A stretch of 63,137 nt of DNA, filler included, from Octopus bimaculoides (GCF_001194135.2; 5 parts of 5 records of this genome joined end to end with filler, not necessarily neighbours in it); one strand, 5' to 3'; counted from the first letter of the whole stretch, positions 36,656 to 49,817 are shown. The notes: a model not told the origin generated them from the sequence alone. A program made the numbers and translations.

Positions 36656-38842
36656 ACGTTGGGGTGTGATTTGGAGTAGATTCTAACAAATCGAGTGAGC
36701 ACATAGACGTTTTGATATTGATGTTGTTGTTGTTTGGCCCCAGGTCAGCAATATTCCAGCAGACCTATGATAAAAAAAATGTTTTACTTGTAACAATCCC
36801 GTATTTTTTTTTCTTTCATTTAGAAAGCAAATCTAAATTATAGAAGAAGGCACATGCCCAAGATTTCACACAGTGGAACTGAACCTGAAACTACGTGGTT
36901 GCAAAACAATCTTCTTAACCACACAGCCATGCCTGCGTCTATGGCGATAATTTTATAATGAGTTTTAAATTAGTTTGTCTTAGAAGGTGAGGAAATAGCT
37001 ATTACAGTCTTACTCCCCTATTTGTGAGATTGATTATGGTTGCTGTTCATACTTAAACATCTGTAGGAAAACTGTGAACAGTCAACTTGTATCAGATTTC
37101 ACTCATAAGGCTTTGGTCAACCAGAGACTGCGAATAGTAGAAAATGTTTGCCTAAGCATCGGAAGTAGGATCAAATCTATAACTACGCCGAAGCAAAGTG
37201 ACAGACTTCTGGAATGTCGTATTTCCAGGAGGGGTTTTCTTAGAGTGAAATCCGAGTAACGAGGGCGAGGTAGGTGTTGTCTTAGAGTTGCAATTCAGGT
37301 ACCGAGTGGAAAGTAAAACGCGTTGTAGATGGAGGAGGCATGAAGCTTATAAAATCTTGTTTGCTTTTCATCATTCTGATGTCACTAAAGTACCAACTGT
37401 TTATTATTTGGCTTGGTTATGTAATTAAGAAGTTCACTTTGGATCTACGTAGCTTTCGATTCGATCTCACAGCGCAGCACATTAGGAAAGTGTCTTCTAC
37501 AATAGTTTCTACAACAGCGACAAAAAAACCTTGAGTGGAAGGCTCATCTTGAGTGATAGACTTAATCCGCCAAGTGGGCTAACAAGACCACTTGGCTCAT
37601 GGTTGCCTTCAGAGCTGTCTTAGTAGCATTATAGGTCTTCAGACAAATCAATGCGTTGGACCCTGTAGTACTCTTTTTTTTTTTTTTGTCAACAATAAGC
37701 TACAACATACATAGATCAGAATTTGGGCTCCTTGACCCGTGTGTCCCCCGGACAACTACCCAGTGTGCCCAGGCCTTAACACGGCACCGGTTGCTTTTGC
37801 GAGAATTACTTTCTGTTGCAAACATTCAGACTGGGTCCCCAGACTAAGGATAATGTCTTACTTTCCTCCCACTAGTCTTCGAGACATTGAAAAGAATCAG
37901 GCCCGGTCCCAGGAATTTATCTAAGGAAGGTCAGAAGGGAATACAATTCCAGAAGAAAAGGACGTAATAACATTATTTAGAAGGGCGCACTTCTTTTCTT
38001 GATGGGGGGGGAGCACGTGCTCCTCAAGCCCCACCTTGCGTCCACCCCTGAGAATGATAGGTGCTACCCTTACTCGTCTTAAGCTAAAGTTATTGAAAAC
38101 AAAAACATCAATCCTGATAAAACAGAACAATGATTAAAGACTTCTTTTTTTTATCGAATGTGTCTTCCATCTTTTAAGAAAGTAGTCTATGGTTTCAAAG
38201 ATAAACTGGTTGCTACTTTTNNNNNNNNNNNNNNNNNNNNNNNNNNNNNNNNNNNNNNNNNNNNNNNNNNNNNNNNNNNNNNNNNNNNNNNNNNNNNNNN
38301 NNNNNNNNNNNNNNNNNNNNNNNNNNNNNNNNNNNNNNNNNNNNNNNNNNNNNNNNNNNNNNNNNNNNNNNNNNNNNNNNNNNNNNNNNNNNNNNNNNNN
38401 NNNNNNNNNNNNNNNNNNNNNNNNNNNNNNNNNNNNNNNNNNNNNNNNNNNNNNNNNNNNNNNNNNNNNNNNNNNNNNNNNNNNNNNNNNNNNNNNNNNN
38501 NNNNNNNNNNNNNNNNNNNNNNNNNNNNNNNNNNNNNNNNNNNNNNNNNNNNNNNNNNNNNNNNNNNNNNNNNNNNNNNNNNNNNNNNNNNNNNNNNNNN
38601 NNNNNNNNNNNNNNNNNNNNNNNNNNNNNNNNNNNNNNNNNNNNNNNNNNNNNNNNNNNNNNNNNNNNNNNNNNNNNNNNNNNNNNNNNNNNNNNNNNNN
38701 NNNNNNNNNNNNNNNNNNNNNNNNNNNNNNNNNNNNNNNNNNNNNNNNNNNNNNNNNNNNNNNNNNNNNNNNNNNNNNNNNNNNNNNNNNNNNNNNNNNN
38801 NNNNNNNNNNNNNNNNNNNNNNNNNNTATATATATATATATA

Positions 38843-39063
38843 TAGTAATCCCACGACTATCGCATGTGTTACGTTCCAAAAACCCCTGCGATAGGTGAAA
38901 ATCCGCGAAGTAGAAACCGTACTGTACTGTATATTTTTCTATTATTTTTATAATTTGTATATATTAATTTTGTTATAAATGCAAAACAACACCACGGAGG
39001 AATCGACGTAACCTTAAATAATAAACCGCGATAGGTGAACCGCGATATGGCGAGGCACTACTA
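38843..39063. mobile_element. ~220-bp pogo/Tigger-like MITE
   Basis: Imperfect TIRs tagtaatcccacgactatcgc / gcgatatggcgaggcactacta in a TA context. Internal repeated ccgcgataggtgaa. Confidence 0.75.
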
Positions 39064-39479
39064 TATACATAGAATGGAAGTCACATACGCGCGCGCGCGC
39101 ACAGTATGAGTATGTTTCAGGTCCACAGACTATAACCTACATATTTATATATTCAGATATTTAATCTACACATAATGGAGCTTTACAAACCCCGAAAAGA
39201 GTAAAGGCAAAATTGATTTCGGCGGGATTTGAACTCAAAATATGAGGAGCCGGAACAAATATCGCACATCATTTTTCCCGACGCTGTAAAGATTCTACCA
39301 AGATTTTAAAATACTAGAATTTCATGGCCTTTTCAAGAAAAAAGCTTATTCGGTACTAGGCATAACGTATAAACATACATAGAAATTAGTTTTTCTTCGA
39401 AACCGGAATGTTTCGTTAAAATTCTACTGAAAAACTAGTAAAAATCTTGAAATTTCGATATACAGCTTACATTGTTGTT

Positions 39480-40378
39480 TTTACCTAATTTCCCACGAAT
39501 TTGGATGATTTTCTTGAATGCTGAACCCCAGAAAAATTACGAGCCAAGTTCCAGCAATAACCTGCCATCATATTCAAGTCCCATCTGCCTTGATACTTTT
39601 CTTACATTGATTTTATGTCCTGATGGAAACGTTCTGCTTTTTTGTAGCCTAGAAAGTCATTTACAATTATTACAAATACTGCTACTTTAATACTATTCAT
39701 TGAATTTACAAAGTTCCCATCTTACATAAATTTTCTGATTTGAGGCTCATCAAATAATTCAGCTCTTATCGTTTCACTACTCAGACTGGGAAATGTGCTG
39801 CAGATGTAATGAAAGCATGGTCCATCTTTATCCAGAGCTTCATAATGCCAAGTTTGATACGAAGAGGAGGTAGGATGGCTTTTCCTGGTTGAACTAAAGG
39901 CTATTCAACCGTATTAAAAGACCCTGGAACTAATGTTCACTGCGACCATTCTTAGATCATCCAATATTTTCCCCTGACTTTCTTATCCCACATACATAAA
40001 AAGCATGGATATTTGGTGTATCCTCGGGAGAAAATTGACCATCTTAAAGTCTACGCATATCCCCCATTGATGACTGTGGTATTTCATTTTCTCTAGCGCT
40101 GCTTTCATGGCTTCATATTTCTCTGCTAGTCTTGTAGAGTGAGTAATTAAAGCAGAGGTCAATGTAATACATAAACCATAATAAACACTCGTATTAAATT
40201 TCACAGGTTAAAAAAAGGCTTTCTGAAAAATGAGGAAAGTTGCAAAAATTGCAGATTTTGGGTATCTTAAAATCTAGACGTGATGATAAAAAATAGATTA
40301 CATTTTTGGATCCAGTACATCAAAAAGCCTTCAAATCGGGCAAAAATGTCCTAACATAAAAATACCTGTTGGGTTGTG
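39480..40378 (-). mobile_element. Internally deleted DNA-transposon transposase fossil, CMC/Chapaev3-like (family assignment tentative)
   Basis: EKMKYHSHQWGICVDFKMV, GYTKYPCFLCMWD, ILPPLRIKLGIMK, LDKDGPCFHYI, FDEPQIRK, ERFHQDIKSM.EKYQGRWD..MMAGYCWNL. The right end reads ...GTG (40376-40378). Confidence 0.65.
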
Positions 40379-40475
40379 TATTTACTGGAAACTGAAGATT
40401 CAAAATGTTACATTCTTATCACCGATGATCAACCACAAGAAACTCAGAGTAATCTTTTGTGAGGATTCATCTTGC

Positions 40476-40510
<35 letters not shown>

Positions 40511-42949
40511 ATAAAGAAAATGGAGAAATTGATATGCAGACATCAATTTATTGAAACAAATCCAATTTTGAACAATATCAAACTCATAGATCCTACAATC
40601 GTTTCCATGCCCAATTAATTCAAATTAGAAAAACTAAAAGATTCATATTGAATACATTAAACTGAAAATTTCGTCAAGGTCAGAACTTGATAGAAAAAGG
40701 AACTACATCCCAATGTGTTGATATATCATTGGAAACTCCATTTTCTTTTCTTTATACATAAATACNNNNNNNNNNNNNNNNNNNNNNNNNNNNNNNNNNN
40801 NNNNNNNNNNNNNNNNNNNNNNNNNNNNNNNNNNNNNNNNNNNNNNNNNNNNNNNNNNNNNNNNNNNNNNNNNNNNNNNNNNNNNNNNNNNNNNNNNNNN
40901 NNNNNNNNNNNNNNNNNNNNNNNNNNNNNNNNNNNNNNNNNNNNNNNNNNNNNNNNNNNNNNNNNNNNNNNNNNNNNNNNNNNNNNNNNNNNNNNNNNNN
41001 NNNNNNNNNNNNNNNNNNNNNNNNNNNNNNNNNNNNNNNNNNNNNNNNNNNNNNNNNNNNNNNNNNNNNNNNNNNNNNNNNNNNNNNNNNNNNNNNNNNN
41101 NNNNNNNNNNNNNNNNNNNNNNNNNNNNNNNNNNNNNNNNNNNNNNNNNNNNGTGTGTGTGTGTGTGCGTGTGTGTGTATGTGAGACTGAGTCAGTCAGT
41201 CGCTGTATGCTGTATGGACGACAAAACATACATTTAAGGAAACTGGGGCAACAATCAGTATCGGTTGCAAGTCGGACTCCTGGAAATTTTAATCTATTCA
41301 CAATGCTTCCTTCGTTTTATTTTACCAGAAAAGGAATCCAGTTTTCAAAAAAGTAAATAAATAGAACTTTCGTTGAAATTCAGTCAAAGTCAAAAACAAA
41401 AAAAACAAAAATCGGGAAAACACTCGCATTGCATGCCAAACTTTCGCCCTGAAAACTGTTATCTTTTCCTTTCTTCGTAGATTTTCGTCTTCAGATAAAC
41501 TTGGTCGTCCAAGATCAACGAGTTTTCTTACTATTGTTGCGTAGGCGAGACCAATTATCAAACAGACATCTGATCAAGGCGTTCCTGTTATGACCATCCA
41601 ATTTCATTTGCCAGCAATGTTTCTAGGACATCCAGTAATATACTCGTTTTCTTGTTTTTGATTTGTTTTGTTTTGTTGTTGTTTTTTGTTTTTGTGTGGT
41701 TTTGAAAATGGTAAGATACGATGGTACATGGAATTTTCGCTGCTATTTTTAACAGAATTTACTATACACTGTTATTGTGCTTAACACCACGTCAACCCTT
41801 ATCCAGCAGATCTAAAATCATAGACGTTATACATGTGATCATCCACTCTTATTTATTTATTATCGAAGACAATATTGGCCAGTCTTTGCTTCTTTTTGTG
41901 AAAACGGCAGGGCGTGATTGGAGTGAGATTTCGCTGCTATTCCTAGCAAATCGACCAACCATTTACAATTTCCTTTGCTGGTTCGTTCACTATACGTGAT
42001 AAGTATAGGCAATTAGCAATAAAATAAATTATGAAAGTAATAAATTATGAAAGTAATAAATTAGTCACCGGAAATTTCAAAAATAACTTTTAAACCGTAT
42101 GTTGTGGCTGCTGCTATTATTAAGAACCAAACCGGAAATTATGTTACAGATGAACAGATATCACAAAAATTATAATAATGATTGCCAGTAGCTTTTTGTG
42201 GTGCGGCACTTTTGGATCTGCTGTAGGCTTAGGGTCTCGAAGAGGCGGCAAACTTAAGGGCTGTCCTGAATAGCACATCGTCTGGTTGCGCCACTGGTTA
42301 TTGCAACTGCTACTAATATAGTTATCATTGTTGTTGTCGGCGTGGTCGTCGTCGTTGTTGTTATTGTTAGTCTCAGATCAGACTGACCGATATAAGCTGA
42401 GGTTGACTTAACCCCGTCACCCAGTTTAACACTATTACCCCCAACATGCCTGTGAGGTCTTTGGCTGCTTTTAGTGCTGTCCCGCTGCCTTCCAAACTTT
42501 CGTGCCAGGTCTCTTGTCGGAAAATAAACCACTTTCCTTCCGCCCACTAGTCTTACAAACTATGAAAAGATCAAAGAGCCTTCTTGCCTTGTTCATCTCA
42601 TTTTTTGTTTGTTTTTTGTTGTTGTTTTGTTTTGTTTGTTTTTTGTGGGGTTTTTTTATATTTCTAACTATGTTGTCTGATGTATCCTGTTTTATGATGA
42701 CATCTGTAATCTGAAGGAATTTGACTGTTATTTTATAGCTGTTCAAATGTTGTTTCGGATATGTTTTGGTTTTATGACACTTCCTTAGTCAAGTTTATTT
42801 GAATTGTACTTACCGGAAACTTATAATGACTAAGTAAATAAGTTAATTGCCGAATTAGTGAATGCCTTATTTTTGCTTTTACTTTTTCCATTAAAATCCG
42901 GAACAATCTCACAATTATTCTAAAATTTGGTAAGTACGGATGAGACTAT

Positions 42950-42992
42950 ACTTTGCTGAAGAGGTTTACTGTGACCGAAACATGTCCAGAGT
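42950..42992 (+). ncRNA. Type I minimal hammerhead ribozyme (Penelope-associated type)
   Basis: Stem I actttg/cagagt, CUGAAGA (42956-62), stem II ggtt...gacc (42963-76), GAAA (42977-80), palindromic ACAUGU stem III, GUC site (cleavage after 42986). Extension gagac/gtctc. Confidence 0.8.
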
Positions 42993-43580
42993 TGTCTCCA
43001 TTCTTCATAAAGATTAGGACTACTCTCCATTGTACACTCCACGCCAATTCAAATTTTGATCAATTTGAATTTCGGAGTCACCTTTCTTGCAGTTCTTGAC
43101 AAAAATTATCATTAACACTAATGGTTTTTATTTTATTTACGAATTAATCTTTTGCTCATTTCATATTAGCCCACACTTAACTATATGATTTTTTTTTCCG
43201 TGCAGACGCATCTCTGCATGACCCTTAAATATAGATAATTGCCAGCTATTTTGTCTTTTTTGTTTTGTTTTTGTTTGTTTGTTTGTTTGTTTTCGATTGT
43301 TTAAGATGAAGGAACGAATTTTGCTTGCAATTAACAAGTTTGTGATTAAACCTTTAGGCATTTCGCGATCCTTCTTAAAATAAATAACATTGGAGCGTAT
43401 GTCCGTATGCTGTCACACTTAATGTTTAACAAAAGAAGTAAATGACTTTTAATAGTACGTAGGCTTCTAACAACTAATCAGCTAGTAGCAAATTCCTTAG
43501 CTACGGTACGTAGCGCTTTTGTTTAACAATTAGGAAAGGATTATAAAATAATATATAGGTTGGTAGATAGATGGGCAGAT

Positions 43581-43621
<41 letters not shown>

Positions 43622-43989
43622 CAAATACTGTATGTGTGTGTGTGTGTAAATACATACATACGCATGTGAATATATATATATGTGTGCGCATATGTGTGTG
43701 TTTGTATGTGCGTACTTGTGTGCGTATGACAGCAACAAAAAGCAGATCCTTATACAAGATGTTTTAAACTCTATGACAAACAAGTTAATTGCAACCATAA
43801 ATTCAGAAAGAATATTCTTCACCAGCCGAAAAAAATGTTATACTAAATGCAGAGCGACAAAGGTGAAAGTTATGTCCTAAATTCACGGATGACTAAATTA
43901 GTGTAGCTTCTATTTATTGTTTTTTTTGTTTTTTTTCCTTCTAAATTATTCAAATTGCAAATACTTATCTATCTGGATATATATTTTGG

Positions 43990-44103
43990 TCGGCCCGAGG
44001 CTATAGAAGAAGACACTTGCCCAAAGTGTCACGCAGTGGGACTGAACCCAGAATCATGTGGTTGGTAAGCAAACTACTTACCACACAGCCACTACTGCGC
44101 CTA
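43990..44103 (-). mobile_element. SINE family A 5' head fragment
   Basis: Reverse complement of 47881-48000. Confidence 0.85.
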
Positions 44104-44581
44104 TAGTATAGAAATGTTTCAAATATTCAGATATTCAATGACGTATGGTATCCAAAATTAATTGCTGTCTTCCCCCTCTATTACAGTCCTGAAAACATAA
44201 TTATAAATGATTACTTGAATGTACAAGTGTTTCTTGAGTATCCTCTACTGACAGAAACTTATCTTAACCGCACCCTATATATATATATGTGTGTGTAGTT
44301 TAATTTCCTTATCTATTCATATAGACGTCTCATTTTTGTAGACACAACTTGCACTCATTCCTTGTACGCTGGCCACCATGGGAGTCACTACGTGGTTATA
44401 CGACTTGTTAAATATAGCAGCCAAGATCTCCCTCAAATTTGTTCGTTCTCTCCTAAATGAAAGCACATTGGATAATATTGTCCGTTGTAGACTATTGGTT
44501 AAAATCAAAAATGGAATGGTCATAGCTTGAATAATTTTGATCAAAGGTTTGCTTGATCAATACCGACTTGGAGCCAAGCCA

Positions 44582-44622
<41 letters not shown>

Positions 44623-44752
44623 CCACCACCACCACCACCATCACCACCAACAACAACAGCTAATAATAATAATTCTTCCCACTAAAGGCACAAGGCCTGA
44701 AATTTGAGGCAGGGGATATTTGAATACATCGACCCCGAAAGGATGAAAGGCA

Positions 44753-44814
<62 letters not shown>
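44582..44814. repeat. (CAT)n(CAC)n and (GTA)n microsatellites flanking a SINE B 3' fragment (minus strand, ~44660-44755)
   Basis: Visible tandem runs. cactaaaggcacaaggcctgaaattt is the reverse complement of the SINE B tail. Confidence 0.8.
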
Positions 44815-44815
<1 letters not shown>

Positions 44816-44971
44816 AATCTTATACGCATTACATGTTTATATAAAGTACATTACAGGCATCAGTTCTTGTACACACCTTATATAATCTTACAATCAAGTC
44901 ATTCTTATACACAATATATTCTTATGCATAATCAATTCCTCTAGATACTTCGTTATACGCAATACATGAAG

Positions 44972-45195
44972 GGCGGTGGACAGGCAGAATCGTTAGAGCG
45001 TGTTAAAAGTTTCCTAGCGGATTTTTTTCCGGCTTTTTACGTTCTGGGTACAAATCCCGCTAAGGTCCACTTTCACTTTCATTTTTGCGGGGTCGATCAG
45101 ATACAGTACCGGTCAAGTACTAATATCGATGGTATGGACTAACCCCTCTCCTCAAAATTTCAGGCCGTGTGCCTAAATTAGAAATAGTTATTATA
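44972..45195 (+). mobile_element. SINE family B copy
   Basis: Similarity to 25862-26088. Confidence 0.8.
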
Positions 45196-45568
45196 TACGT
45201 CTTATGGACAATAATTTTTTAATTTCCATTTCATTATTGTACAAAACAAATGTTCCGATAAGAAAACCCATAACATATACAATACATTCACATGGATAAG
45301 GAATTCTTATAGACACCTTATAACTTTACAAAATTCATTTTTATTCACACTCCATTCTTATAGAAAATATATTCTTAATAGATACTTCATTAGTACAGAG
45401 CAATGTCGGTGAACCTTTTTAGATCGATGTGTCGGAATTTTAATTTCCTTGATAATTTTGTTATTAGAATCGATGCATGTATCTTAGTTTTAAGTAAATG
45501 CTGACAAATAAACTTTTTATAACATAACATGATTTCGTAGGGACATTTTTGTCAAAGTCCATCACATG

Positions 45569-45621
<53 letters not shown>

Positions 45622-45699
45622 TTGCAAGATTTTTTATGTGAAATCGTGTGTTGAAACAGATGTTGTTGTACTTGGGGATGGTCATATTGCCTAGAGAGT

Positions 45700-46170
45700 T
45701 AGAGACTTCTTGAAGAAGCTCATCATAATCGACACTTTGGACAACAACGCTGGTTCATAAGAAGTGCAACATTCAACTTTGAATGGTGCTTGGGGAAAAT
45801 TTGGCCAGACTGTATCCGTAACCTTACAAGTTTTCCACAAGCAGAAAGTTTACATCAAATTCGGAAAGATATTGTGACAGTTTCAAATAATGTTAGTCAT
45901 AGAGAATGGTGTTTTTGAGTCACGAGAAAGTTAATCTAACGAGGAGCTGATGAACAAAAAATGAGTGTATGAAAATTCCATTAAATCTACTTGAATTTAG
46001 TGCAAAGAATATTTCTAAAAATTTGGCAAGATTTTGTTGATAACAAGCATAATTGTGAACGTAACATAGAAATTACAGCAGGAGCTTACAATGAGCAGAG
46101 GTCTGCTATAAACATCAAACAATTTTTAAATAAGTTCTTCGTTTCTAAAGTAGATGTTGATGAGGATAAA
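45700..46170 (+). mobile_element. pogo/Tigger-like transposase C-terminal fragment
   Basis: VRDFLKKLIIIDTL..S*EVQHSTLNGAWGK/WPDCIRNLTSFPQ...IRKDIV resembles the region after the DDE domain in Tigger/TIGD proteins. Confidence 0.6.
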
Positions 46171-46384
46171 CAATAAGATAGAAGATAGTGTCCCCCATCT
46201 TCTTGGTAACTCTCATTCCACAATCACCAACCTTCACATAGTAACCATATTTTGGGGTGAGAACTTATCCTATTACGATATTACAATTCTTATTTATCAA
46301 ATATTTTTTTGATACATATTGTACTGTGTATGCTTAGAAATTCTTATTTTCATAAATAAAAGTAGCCTGATTTGCATTACTCCT

Positions 46385-46790
46385 CCTTACTCCTTTACTT
46401 GTTTCAGTCATTTGACTGCGGCCATGCTGGGGCACCGCCTTTTAGTCGAGCAAATCGACCCCAGGACTTATTCTTTGTAAGCCTAGTACTTATTCTATCG
46501 GTCTCTTTTTGCCGAACCGCTAAGTTACGGGGACGTAAACACACCAACCTCAGTTGTCAAGCGAAGTNNNNNNNNNNNNNNNNNNNNNNNNNNNNNNNNN
46601 NNNNNNNNNNNNNNNNNNNNNNNNNNNNNNNNNNNNNNNNNNNNNNNNNNNNNNNNNNNNNTACCAAATCCACTCACAAGGCTTTGGTTGGCCCGAGGCT
46701 ATAGTAGAAGACACTTGCCCAAGGTGCCACGCAGTGGGACTGAACCCAGAACCATGTGGTAGGTAAGCAAGCTACTTACCACACAGCCAC
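46385..46790 (-). mobile_element. SINE family A copy with a gap in the middle
   Basis: Reverse-complement match to both halves of 47881-48370. Confidence 0.9.
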
Positions 46791-46930
46791 TTTATTATTA
46801 TTATTTTTTTTTCCGAAAACATCCGTCAGAATGCATTATCACTTTAAGAATGAAAATTAATGGGAAAATAAGTTTCGCGTTACAGCAAGTTGTTCAGGGG
46901 ACTATTGTGCCTGTGATGCAGAATATTGTT

Positions 46931-46966
<36 letters not shown>

Positions 46967-47524
46967 ACACACACACATACACACACACACACGTACAAAC
47001 ATACATAATATATACATACATATATTCATACATACATACTGTGTGTATAAATTGATAAAGGCAGTGCCCCAGCATGGCCACAGTCTATTGACTGAAACTA
47101 GTAAAAGAATACACACACACACACATAATATGTGTGTATACATCTATGAGTGAGTATGTGTGTCGGTTATGCGCGAATTTGTACCACACTTGGCTGCCAG
47201 CCAGATAGTCTTTCAACAATCTAGACAAAAGAAACATACATGAAGTGTTCAAATTCTTTGTTTTTCATAAAAATGTCTTGATTAAATCTGAAAAAACTTT
47301 CACACTTCTATTCTTTCCTCCCTTGCTACCATCTTTTACTACCCTCTACCGACCAGCCGACCGACCGACCGACCTAAGCAGCCAATGGAATTCTTTTAAT
47401 TGGGATATCATAATAAACAGAAAGAAATGTGTTTTAAAATGTGTGTTCCGGAATATATGGTAGCATTGCTGTTGTGGTTTTACTTCCGCTACTTTTTGTT
47501 CTCTCTATATATATCACTTACAAT

Positions 47525-47735
47525 ATCTTTTATCTCTCTTTCACGTCTTTCAGCCATTGAACTGTGGCCAGGCTGGGGCACCTCCTTGAAGGCCAAACAA
47601 TCGACCTGCTATTTAATTTTAAGCTTGGAGTTTATTCTAAAGGTCACTTTTGTGTAACCCATTGATTACGGAGAATGTAAACTAACCAGAACCAGCTGTC
47701 AAGCGGTGGCGGGGGGTGGGACAAAGACAAGCACA
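47525..47735 (-). mobile_element. SINE family A 3' half
   Basis: Reverse-complement similarity to 48170-48370. Confidence 0.75.
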
Positions 47736-47880
47736 AAGGCACACACACACAAACACATACATACACTCATGCACGCGCGCGCGCGCATATATGTACGTGT
47801 GTATTTATATACATATGTATGTATTATTTATGCCACATGTGTATTTATATGCATATGTATGTCACACACGCACATATATA

Positions 47881-48119
47881 GGCGTAGGAGTGGCTGTGTG
47901 GTAAGTAGCTTGCTTACGAACCACATGGTTCCGGGTTCAGTCCCACTGCGTGGCACCTTGCGCAAGTGTCTTCTACTATAGCCTCGGGCCGACCAAAGCC
48001 TTTTGAGTGGATTTGGTAGAGGAAACTGAAAGAAGCTCGTCGTATATATGTATGTATATATATATATATATGTGTGTGTNNNNNNNNNNTATATATATAT
48101 ATATATATGTGTGTGTGTA

Positions 48120-48163
<44 letters not shown>

Positions 48164-48370
48164 TGTGTCTGTGTTTGTTCCCCCAACATCGCTTGACAAC
48201 CGATGCTGGTGTGTTTACGTCTCCATAACGTAGCGGTTCGGCAAGAGTGACCGATAGAATAAGTACTAGGCTTACAAAGAATAAGTCTTGGGGTCGATTT
48301 GCTCGACTAAAGGCGGTGCTCCAGCATGGCCACAGTTAAATGACTGAAACAAGTAAAAGAGTAAAAAGAG
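47881..48370 (+). mobile_element. Full-length SINE family A (tRNA-like head, CORE-like segment, internal (TA)n(TG)n, gtaaaaga tail)
   Basis: A-box ggctgtgtggtaag, B-box gggttcagtccc, accttgcgcaagtgtctt. More than 12 related fragments elsewhere in the window. Confidence 0.92.
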
Positions 48371-48378
48371 AGAGTATA

Positions 48379-48672
48379 TATAATCAAATGAATAATAACC
48401 AGCTCATTACAGCTGTTTCTTACGTAACTTAATAGAAAAATGAGAACATTACATCTTTATTAAAGACCGAAATCATCAGATGAGGAGTAATTTATAAAAC
48501 AAAAGAATATCCAAGAATACAGCAGGGATGTGTCTGTCGAGGCCTCCACCGACATCTGATAATAGCGGTCTTCTATAATGAGGTAATGTTCTCATTCTTC
48601 TATTAAAAGTTACGTAAGAAACAGCTGTAATGAGCTGACAATTATCCATTATATGTTATTCATTTGATTATA
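48379..48672. mobile_element. Foldback MITE with ~120-bp inverted arms
   Basis: tataatcaaatgaataa...cagctcattacagctgtttcttacgtaactt...gagaacattac is mirrored at 48560-48672, including a 31-bp perfect match. Confidence 0.85.
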
Positions 48673-49026
48673 ATACACCAAGGGACTTTATGACTTGTCG
48701 GACAGCCTAGAGTATACCTACAACGCACTACTCAAAGTAACGCGTAATTTGGACTGCCCCTTAGGCACTAAATACTCATAGGGTCGGTTTTCTCTGTGGA
48801 CACAAACGAAATATCCTACAACAACCGTAGGTCAGAACCGTAAACATTACCTGACCCTACCTGGTGCATACCTTTTCAAGTACCTGATTCTATCGGAATC
48901 CTCATTTTACTTCTTTTATATATATANNNNNNNNNNNNNNNNNNNNNNNNNNNNNNNNNNNNNNNNNNNNTTAATTAATTAANNNNNNNNNNNNNNNNNN
49001 NNNNNNNNNNNNNNNNNNNNNNNNNN

Positions 49027-49080
<54 letters not shown>

Positions 49081-49679
49081 TCCCTGTGTGTGCGTGTATG
49101 TATAAACTTATATATATAAATGAGTGGGAGAAAAATAGATAATCAAGAATACCTCTTTAGATAAATATTCCTAAGTGCATTTGTTATATATAATATTGTG
49201 ATATGATGATGAAATTGTTTTTCTAGCGATGAACATTTTCTTTAATGTGTCTCTTTTGTAAATGTGAATTTTACTCGCTTAGGAATAAAATGGTTTATAG
49301 AATTCCCGAAGTGTTTCAGTATATATAAAGCTGACAATGGAGAAAAAGTAGATTCAACACATTTTGAAGGTTATTTGATATTAATTGATTTTGAAACATG
49401 CGCAGTGCTTGATTATTTTTCAGGAGAACATTTAGATTATAATGCGAAAATGTAAATATTGATTTCTTCTTCTTTTAACACGACTACAAAACGTATTGTC
49501 AAAAGGGATTAAGATTTTATACAGAGACAGCTCCCAAAACGCAATGAGAATAAACACAATTACAAAAGAAGGTAAAAAAAAGAAGTGACGCAATTATTTT
49601 TTTGTCTAGTATAACAATAAAGATTTCTTCTAAAGATTTCTTCTACAACAACACTATTATAATCATAACAATAATGGTA

Positions 49680-49681
49680 GC

Positions 49682-49768
<87 letters not shown>

Positions 49769-49817
49769 AAGAAGAAGAAGAAGAAGAAGAAGAAGAAGAA
49801 GAAGAAGAAGAAGAAGA
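49680..49817. repeat. Compound (AAT)n(AAG)n microsatellite
   Basis: Directly visible. Confidence 0.95.

Noticed and set aside
37905-38051. Small cagg...cctg element as a hAT MITE
   Set aside because: The termini match poorly and there is no 8-bp TSD (only agaat is shared), so it could not be defined.
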